Assembly (NCBI GenBank): GCA_045635865.1
Contig: JAZTWK010000055.1
Location: 11,230-75,229, forward strand
Source: Victivallaceae bacterium
GTDB lineage: Bacteria; Verrucomicrobiota; Lentisphaeria; Victivallales; Victivallaceae
Direction: 5' to 3'
DNA: 64,000 nt
Position numbers and translations under genes: made by a program. This document shows, one piece after another, positions 29,437 to 36,437 of this stretch. Every line of letters begins with the position of its first letter. The first letter of the stretch is position 1. Under the pieces are notes generated by a model, which was not told where the DNA came from, ran no database searches, and was given only the letters and a program-made list of their open reading frames with translations.

Positions 29437-32400
29437 TTAATCCAACTCGATCACCGTTTCGGGCTTCACGTCAGTGAATACCCGCGTCTTGCCGTTGTAT
29501 TCGACGGTCAGCTTTTTCACCCCGTCGAAGCAGAAGACCGCCGCACCGTTGGGGCTGACCCACGTGGTGCCGCATTCGACTTCGCGGACATAGGGCATCC
29601 CGAATTTATCCAACAGCGGCTGTACCTGGCGGATGAGCGCGGCGGCGTTGGCCGCCAGTTGCTTTTCGTTGGGGAAGCGCTCGAAATCGAGCGCGTAGCC
29701 GGAAACCGGCACCTTGGCAAAGGTGCAGTACATCACCAGCCGGAAGTAGCCAAGATCAAAAGCGTTGGCGCCACTCGCGCCGAACTGCGTGCCGATGACG
29801 GCATATTCCCGCCCCGCAAACGGTTCGTAAAGTTGCCGCCGATACCAGAAGTTGCTCAACGCCAGCGGCGTGATCCCCTCGATCGACACCGGAATATTGT
29901 GGTCGTGGAAGTAGCGGTAGATCTCAATCGCCGCATCCAAACCGATTTTGGACTCCTCGCCCGCGGCGTTGACGTTGATGGTAAAGGTGCCGCCCATGTC
30001 GGTGTAGATCTTGCCCAGGCCGTTGGCGATGCCGACATTCATGATGTCAAAGTACCACTTGCGAGTTTCCGGGTTATTCATATCCAACACCGGGTGATTA
30101 CCGAAATACTTGTAGATATTGCCGTCGGCGGTGCGCAGGAAATAATCCGGATGATTGCGGAAGACCTCTTCGCTGTTGCCCTCGCAGTAATCCGCTGCCG
30201 TCCACGGTTGGGGGATCAGCCCGTAGGATTTGATCTCCTCAAACGCCTCCTTGCGCGCTTCGCTTTTCATGCTCTCGATCGAACTCGGGCACAGCGGCAA
30301 ATGGTAGTAGCGGAAGCCGAGTTCCTTGGCGGCGGCCATACTCTGCTTGCGCTCGGCGTTGGTCAGAGTGTTTTCGCAGTCGGCGACCGGAGCGGGCGGC
30401 AGATTTTTCAACCCCACCGCACTCTGGAGCAATGTGCGCATAAACTGCTCAAGGGCGATGTAGTCGGCGTGACCGCGCTCGGCGCCCGGTGAAAAGACGT
30501 GCCACAAATAGGCGGTAGTAAGCGGTGCGCTGCGCCGCCCGACGTTGATCTCAATGAGTTCATTGGCGTGATCCGCCCCCTGGTCGATCGTCTGGGTCGC
30601 CTGCACCAGTTGCGGAGTTTCCGGGAACATCGAGTAGATGCCCGCATCGGAAACCAACCAGGTAAAGGGCTGGCCGTTGCCGAAAAAGTTCCACTTGGAA
30701 GTGGTCGCCTTTTTCGCGCCGCTGAAATCCATTTCCACGTAGCCGCGGGGCGAAGCGTAGCAGGCGAGGCGCTTGGCGACCGCGCCCTTGAGCGTGCCCG
30801 GCACTACCTGCGCCGGCAGTTGGAAAGACTGCAATTTGTTTTCACTGCGGGAAAAGATCAGCCGGTGGGCGACGCCGGGGAAGCTCCGCCCCTCGAGGAT
30901 CAGCTCGCCGCTCTTGAACTGCCAGACGAATTCGCTCTTTTCACTCTGGAAAAGGAGATCGACGGTGCCGTCGCTATTGGCGACGACCGATTTCAACTCA
31001 AACTTTTCCTTGACCGCCTTCTGACGGGTAAGATCGCCGACGCCCTCGCTGGTGTCGCTGGTGAGTTTGACCAACTCGACGCTCTGAAGCTTGGGCGGCG
31101 CGGCAAATTCGACCGTCGCGCCATCCGGATAGGTGATCTTCACCGCGCCCTTGGGCGAAACGACCAGCGTCGCGCCGGAAGCAAACTTGACGGTCGAAAC
31201 GCCGTTTTCGGTAACTACCTGCGCCGGAGCGGCGGCGGAGTTGAGCGCGTTATTCGGCTTTTCGATTTTGACCGAAACCTCGTCGAGTTGACGCGGCTCA
31301 ACTTTCACGCTGTTGGCGGTGAAAGCGGAAAAATTCGGCTTGACGCCGAGGCCGTGCGACACGATCGCGGCGAGCAACTGCGGGCCGTAGCCCCAATCCC
31401 AATACTGCTTCAAACCGCCGGTGCGGGACCAGTTGAAGTTGAAAAAGAGCACTTTCCCCTTGCCGAAGGGCATTTCCGCGAGCATCGTATCCGCCGTCTT
31501 GCCGTGGATGTCGCCGATCGGCAACACGTTGACCGCATTTTCCTTGAGGAAAGTTTCGCGCGGCGTTTGCAAGGGTTGCCATTTTTCGGGGAAATAATTC
31601 CACTCGTCGGTGCGGGGCATCTCGACCCGCAGATCTTCCAGTTTGGCGTCGAGTTTGCCCGAGATCTGCACCGGGAGAAGTTCCGCGACCGCCGCGGGGG
31701 CGTCGGCGTTGAAGATCGCCACGCCGCCGTCAGCCACATACTTTTTAAGCTGCGCGACCCGCTCGGGGGTGAAGAACTTTTCCCAGTTTTTCGCCGGGAG
31801 CGCGGTAAATACGACCGCCTTAAACTTGCCCAACTGGGCGAAAGCCGGGGTGATGCCGTCCTGCGCGAGCGGCTCCGGGCCGAGGTCGGTCAAAAAGGTC
31901 TTGAGCGAAGCGCCGCCCAGCCCGTCGAGGTTGGCGGTGGTGACCGCCGTCACCTTTAAGCCGTGCGAAGCCAGAATTTTGGCGGATTCTTCCGCCGTCC
32001 ACACCCGCTGACCGTGAAAGAGCAGTACGGCGGGGGCGTCTTTGGCGCCGCGCTCATAAAACTTGATTGGCTTGGGTTTGGCGGCTTCCGCCTTGCCGGC
32101 GGCGACGGCGGCGGCAGTCGGGGCAAGCTCGGTGATCGCCTCGATGCCCGCCGGCTCATTCGCCGGCACAAAGTTGTTGTCGGTGGTCAAAATCAGCGCG
32201 TCGACCCGGGTAAAGGGGTTGAGCGAAACGAGTTCGATCGTGACGTCACCCGCGGGCAAGTCGAGCTTTTTGAGCGCTTTTTCCCACACCATTATCGGGT
32301 AAATGGCTTCGGGGGTCTTGCGGTCGCCGAAAGTGCCGACGCTCTTGCCGTTGATCAGCACCCGGCACTGGCGGAGCGCACCGCCGAAGCTGACGGCGCG

Positions 32401-32628
32401 CACCCAAAAGCAGTACCGCCCCGCTTCGGGAAGGGCGACGGTGGTTTTGGCGGTGGCACTTTTCGCCCCCTTGGGGTCGAGCATCCGCTGGTTGGAAAGT
32501 TTCCACGCCGCGCAGGATTCCGGTTTCCACTCGCCCTTTTCCGGGAAGTTCTCCGCCTCGATGCGATACTCCGCCGCGGTGAGCACAACGGCGCACAAGA
32601 AGCCCAGAAGCAGACTCAACTTTCTCAT
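29437..32628 (-). CDS. large secreted protein, function unknown (glycoside-hydrolase-like C-terminal region)
   Basis: Signal peptide MRKLSLLLGFLCAVVLTAAEY. 1063 aa, coherent GC3-rich frame. N-terminal YRIEAENF... resembles carbohydrate-binding modules. No catalytic motif I can name. Confidence 0.6.
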   Translation of the reverse strand: MRKLSLLLGFLCAVVLTAAEYRIEAENFPEKGEWKPESCAAWKLSNQRMLDPKGAKSATAKTTVALPEAGRYCFWVRAVSFGGALRQCRVLINGKSVGTFGDRKTPEAIYPIMVWEKALKKLDLPAGDVTIELVSLNPFTRVDALILTTDNNFVPANEPAGIEAITELAPTAAAVAAGKAEAAKPKPIKFYERGAKDAPAVLLFHGQRVWTAEESAKILASHGLKVTAVTTANLDGLGGASLKTFLTDLGPEPLAQDGITPAFAQLGKFKAVVFTALPAKNWEKFFTPERVAQLKKYVADGGVAIFNADAPAAVAELLPVQISGKLDAKLEDLRVEMPRTDEWNYFPEKWQPLQTPRETFLKENAVNVLPIGDIHGKTADTMLAEMPFGKGKVLFFNFNWSRTGGLKQYWDWGYGPQLLAAIVSHGLGVKPNFSAFTANSVKVEPRQLDEVSVKIEKPNNALNSAAAPAQVVTENGVSTVKFASGATLVVSPKGAVKITYPDGATVEFAAPPKLQSVELVKLTSDTSEGVGDLTRQKAVKEKFELKSVVANSDGTVDLLFQSEKSEFVWQFKSGELILEGRSFPGVAHRLIFSRSENKLQSFQLPAQVVPGTLKGAVAKRLACYASPRGYVEMDFSGAKKATTSKWNFFGNGQPFTWLVSDAGIYSMFPETPQLVQATQTIDQGADHANELIEINVGRRSAPLTTAYLWHVFSPGAERGHADYIALEQFMRTLLQSAVGLKNLPPAPVADCENTLTNAERKQSMAAAKELGFRYYHLPLCPSSIESMKSEARKEAFEEIKSYGLIPQPWTAADYCEGNSEEVFRNHPDYFLRTADGNIYKYFGNHPVLDMNNPETRKWYFDIMNVGIANGLGKIYTDMGGTFTINVNAAGEESKIGLDAAIEIYRYFHDHNIPVSIEGITPLALSNFWYRRQLYEPFAGREYAVIGTQFGASGANAFDLGYFRLVMYCTFAKVPVSGYALDFERFPNEKQLAANAAALIRQVQPLLDKFGMPYVREVECGTTWVSPNGAAVFCFDGVKKLTVEYNGKTRVFTDVKPETVIELD

Positions 32629-32652
32629 CGCGACCTCCTCAAAAACAGGTGT

Positions 32653-34728
32653 TTATAGTTTAACGATCGCCTCGTAGGTATCGATTTCTCTTCCCGCGGC
32701 GTCGAGCTGGCGAAGTTTCCAGTCCAAGTGCCACGGATCGCAGACGTACTCCATACTCGGCTCCCAGCCGATGCGCGAATCGGTTTCGACCGGGGCAAAG
32801 GTATCTTTCACATTGGCGCGCTCGACTTCGAGCAGCTCGCGGATCTTGCCGAGCGTCGCCAAGGCGGTCTCGCGGTCGGGCGAACGCTGCAAATCGGTAT
32901 TGAGGTACCACCATTTTTTGATGTTGATCGTGGTGCGGATGCTGTTGCGGATGAAGTGGCCCAGCGCCTCGAGCAAAATGCCGTTGGCGGTGTCGGTGTG
33001 CTTTGCCACCAAGTCGAGTCCCGCCTGCCACATGGTCAACATCTTTTCGAGCGCCGCCTGCTCGGCGGGGCCGCGCAGGAAAAACGGCGACTGCATCGCG
33101 CTCTCAAAAGGATGATAAAAAGTCTTGATGATGCGGTGCCCGAAGTGCGCCGTGGGCGCCGTCGGGAACTGGATCTCCTTGGACTGCATCGTGTGGGTGA
33201 TGTCGGGGTGGAAAATAAAGGGATAAGCCGCCCCGACCCGCCACGGACCATACTGATCCTCGTTGGATGCGACGTAAAAGTCGAGCGACTTGCTCCACAA
33301 CTCCCACGCGGCGAGCACGTCGTCGACGGCGGCTTTGCCGTAGTCGCGCTCGGCGATCTGGCGCAAAAGCTGATCGTAGTCGGGCTCGTAGTTCGCCCAA
33401 CTCGTCCACTTGCCGAGGTCGGAAGCGACGCAGTCCCACCAGCCGAAGTGGTGGGTGCAGTAGTGCGAAAGCACGCCGTTTTCAAAGGCGGCGCGGCGCA
33501 GGGCGAGGTCGCGTTCGAGCCACTTGCGAGGGGTGGGCACGTAGGGCACACACCCGAAGTTCCAGCAGACCCCGGCGGTGTTGACGTTGCCGCTGACCAT
33601 GAGTCCGTTTTGGTGGGCGTCTTCGGTTTCGGTCTGGAAGTAGTAGCTCGGCTGACTCACCCCCGCGTCGTAGTCGCGCGACGGAGTGGTGAAGCCGCCG
33701 AGGTGCCGGTCAAATCCGCCCATGTCAAAGGGGCAGAGGACTTCCATATTTTTGGGCAGTTTGGCGAGAAAGGCGGCGCGGATCTCGCGGGGGCGGCGGC
33801 TCCAGTTGTAAGTGGAAAAGATGACGCGCGCCTCGGGCTTGACCGCGTGGACGGCTTTTTCGATGCAGCTCAAGTAAGCCGGATAGTCGTAGCAGGGATA
33901 CCAACCGGGGCTGGGGAGCGTTTCGGGGATGCCGTCAACGAAACTTTCGCGGAAGCTCTTGCCGGTGGTGTGCGGGTCCTTGCTGGGGAATTCGAGGGAT
34001 TCGCCGACGAGCGAAATGCCGTAGGCTCCGGGGTAGCGGCGGAAAAGTTCGCCGTACAGCTCATCAAAGTAGCGCTGAACTCCGGGCTCGTCGGGGTGGT
34101 GGAAACAGGGCATGTAGTTGTAAAAGACCACCTTGACGCCGAACTTGGCGGCGCGGGAGATCACGTCGTTGAAGTCGCAGTGCCCCTGCGTGGTGGTGTC
34201 GAAACCCTTGACGAAAAGCTCGATGCTGTCGTAACCGGCGTGGACGAGGGCGCGGAGTTCCTCGTCGGGGTAGCTGTCGATGCCGCAGCCGGAGTGGACG
34301 CTCCGCCGCTGGTAAAGGGGGATGCGCTCGAAACTCCCCGGGGGGAGCGCGGGGGCGCCGGCAAGATTCATGATGTCCTCGAGGTGGACGACCGCCTTAA
34401 AGAGATCGGCGCGGGCGGATTTTACCGAAACGCGCCGCGGCGAAACCTCGACGGCGAAGCCGCTTTCGCGCGCCGGATCAATGGCGAGCGAGATGACCGG
34501 CCGGGAGTCGTCTTTAACGATGGGTAGCGGCAACTCCATCGACTTGGCGAAATAGTCCTGCAAGTCGTTGACAACGAGCGTGAGAAATTCGTCATTGCCG
34601 AGGGGCAGGATGCCCCAGTCGGCAGTGATCATAACTTCGCCGGGAGCCGGGGTGCGGTCGGCGCGGCGACGGTTGGGGATATGGCACTGCCAGTGCCGTT
34701 GACGGAAATCGTAGTTTTTTTCGCTCAT
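32653..34728 (-). CDS. uncharacterised protein, glycoside-hydrolase-like TIM-barrel region
   Basis: 691 aa coherent frame. The central ..GYDSIELFVKGFD...KFGVKVVFYNY.. segment resembles (beta/alpha)8 glycosidases. Family not recognisable by eye. Confidence 0.55.
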   Translation of the reverse strand: MSEKNYDFRQRHWQCHIPNRRRADRTPAPGEVMITADWGILPLGNDEFLTLVVNDLQDYFAKSMELPLPIVKDDSRPVISLAIDPARESGFAVEVSPRRVSVKSARADLFKAVVHLEDIMNLAGAPALPPGSFERIPLYQRRSVHSGCGIDSYPDEELRALVHAGYDSIELFVKGFDTTTQGHCDFNDVISRAAKFGVKVVFYNYMPCFHHPDEPGVQRYFDELYGELFRRYPGAYGISLVGESLEFPSKDPHTTGKSFRESFVDGIPETLPSPGWYPCYDYPAYLSCIEKAVHAVKPEARVIFSTYNWSRRPREIRAAFLAKLPKNMEVLCPFDMGGFDRHLGGFTTPSRDYDAGVSQPSYYFQTETEDAHQNGLMVSGNVNTAGVCWNFGCVPYVPTPRKWLERDLALRRAAFENGVLSHYCTHHFGWWDCVASDLGKWTSWANYEPDYDQLLRQIAERDYGKAAVDDVLAAWELWSKSLDFYVASNEDQYGPWRVGAAYPFIFHPDITHTMQSKEIQFPTAPTAHFGHRIIKTFYHPFESAMQSPFFLRGPAEQAALEKMLTMWQAGLDLVAKHTDTANGILLEALGHFIRNSIRTTINIKKWWYLNTDLQRSPDRETALATLGKIRELLEVERANVKDTFAPVETDSRIGWEPSMEYVCDPWHLDWKLRQLDAAGREIDTYEAIVKL

Positions 34729-34856
34729 AAGTCACCAAAAGTTGTGGGTTTTCAATGGTTCAGCTATACTATATCGCGCTAAGCGCCACAAAACAACCGA
34801 AAAGGATTGTAAAAAGTTACTTTTATCTTGCGATTTCCTCCACGCTAGCGCGCAAC

Positions 34857-34885
34857 TTGCAATCCACCGCCAAGGTGGATATATT
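34857..34885 (+). promoter_or_regulatory. sigma-70-type promoter TTGCAA-N17-TATATT whose whole spacer is a palindrome (TCCACC-GCCAA-GGTGGA)
   Basis: -35 at 34857-34862; the spacer at 34863-34879 is a 6-bp-arm inverted repeat; -10 at 34880-34885. It lies directly upstream of the AT-rich cassette. Confidence 0.5.
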
Positions 34886-34929
34886 ACACTGATGGCAAGT
34901 TTCTGATGTTAAAAAAGGGAGAAAGAGAA

Positions 34930-35571
34930 ATGCAGACGGACGACCAATCGCATGATGTATCAATCGCGCTGGAATTACTGCTTAACACTTTGATTGAAGA
35001 ACGCGGGCGCATCTTTTCTTTCGGCGAAAAGGCGATGAGCAAGCAGGATAAAGATACCGCCAAAGCCGTACTGGATTTTGCCGACAAACTGGAAGGATTT
35101 GAAGCGAAAGTCCAATCGCTGACGAAAGAATGGCAAGTTCTGGAATCTCAAAAGCTCAAAGCATCGCCGTCGGTGCAGAAAATCGTTGATGCCGGCGGTA
35201 AACTTTTCGGCTTGAAGACCAGAAAAGCTCAATCTGGTATCAAACGGGAGTTTCAGCATCCCAAGGCGCCGAAGAGCAATATTGTTGTTACTTTTCCCGC
35301 CGAGGGCAAAGAATTCAAGACCGAAAAGGCAGGAAAAACCTTTGCCCAAGTGATCGACTATATCGGCGCCGAGCGAGTTCAGCAGTTAAAATTGATTTGT
35401 TGCGGCGAGCCGCTGGTTTCATCCACGCCGAGCAAAAAATATCCTTCCAACTGCCACAAGATCAGCAAGGGATTTTTCGTTCTAACCCAGTCAAGCACAA
35501 AGCGAAAGATAGATTACTTGAATACTATCGCAAAACTGCTGAAACTTAAGACTCGCATCAAGATTTTTTGA
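34930..35571 (+). CDS. hypothetical protein (N-terminal coiled-coil-like, Lys-rich middle, conserved-looking C-terminal domain)
   Basis: The ATG at 34930 is preceded by GGGAG; an alternative ATG lies at 34906. 213 aa. No recognisable motif. G+C is intermediate between the host and the rest of the cassette. Confidence 0.55.
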   Translation: MQTDDQSHDVSIALELLLNTLIEERGRIFSFGEKAMSKQDKDTAKAVLDFADKLEGFEAKVQSLTKEWQVLESQKLKASPSVQKIVDAGGKLFGLKTRKAQSGIKREFQHPKAPKSNIVVTFPAEGKEFKTEKAGKTFAQVIDYIGAERVQQLKLICCGEPLVSSTPSKKYPSNCHKISKGFFVLTQSSTKRKIDYLNTIAKLLKLKTRIKIF

Positions 35572-35620
35572 TTATGATAGCTCTGGCATATTGTGTGTGG
35601 TGGGGATTGGGGAGGATTTT

Positions 35621-36433
35621 ATGGATCCATTCTTGAAGTGGGCCGGTGGAAAGCGATGGCTAATTGAGAAGAAGCTTTGCCCAATTCCACAAAGCTACAA
35701 AAGATTCTGCGAACCATTTGTTGGTAGCGGAGCAGTTTTATTTAACTTATCCCCTAAATCCGCAATCATAAGTGATATTAATCGGGATTTAATTGATACT
35801 TACCAAGCTTTGGCAGACGATTGGGAAGCCGTATATAAAATTCTCAAGGTTTATGATCAAAAACACAGCTATGATTTCTATTATAAGATAAGAAATTCAT
35901 CTCCGCAAAAGCCTTGTCTAAAGGCGGCTCGTTTCATATATCTCAATAGAACGTGTTGGAATGGATTATACAGAGTAAATCGAAAGGGGAAATTTAATGT
36001 TCCCAAGGGAACAAAAGAAAAAGTTATATTATCAACGGATGATTTTGAATCAATATCAAGGTTGTTGAAAAGATGTTCTATTCGAAATGATGATTTTCAA
36101 TCAGTAGTTGATGAAGCGCAAGAGGGTGATTTTTTATTTGTTGATCCTCCCTACACGGTAAAACACAACAACAATGGGTTTGTGAAATATAATGAAAAAA
36201 TGTTTTCTTGGGACGATCAAGTTCGGTTGGCAGGAACCATTAAAGAAGCCGCAAAAAGAGGCGTGCAAATAGTTGTAACGAATGCCAGCCATCAATGTAT
36301 CAAAGAACTTTATGAAGATTTTTTACAAATACCCATAACTAGAGCAAGTGTTATCGCGGCATCTCCTAAAAACAGAGGAGTATATGAAGAACTTGTAATC
36401 ACAAATATTGATAATGATAGTCAAGAGGGGTAA
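35621..36433 (+). CDS. Dam-family (D12 class, alpha-group) N6-adenine DNA methyltransferase
   Basis: FLKWAGGKRW, AdoMet motif EPFVGSGAV, YLNRTCWNGLYRVNRKGKFNVP, catalytic DPPY (36143-36154). The ATG at 35621 is preceded by GGAGG. Confidence 0.85.
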   Translation: MDPFLKWAGGKRWLIEKKLCPIPQSYKRFCEPFVGSGAVLFNLSPKSAIISDINRDLIDTYQALADDWEAVYKILKVYDQKHSYDFYYKIRNSSPQKPCLKAARFIYLNRTCWNGLYRVNRKGKFNVPKGTKEKVILSTDDFESISRLLKRCSIRNDDFQSVVDEAQEGDFLFVDPPYTVKHNNNGFVKYNEKMFSWDDQVRLAGTIKEAAKRGVQIVVTNASHQCIKELYEDFLQIPITRASVIAASPKNRGVYEELVITNIDNDSQEG

Positions 36434-36437
36434 GATT

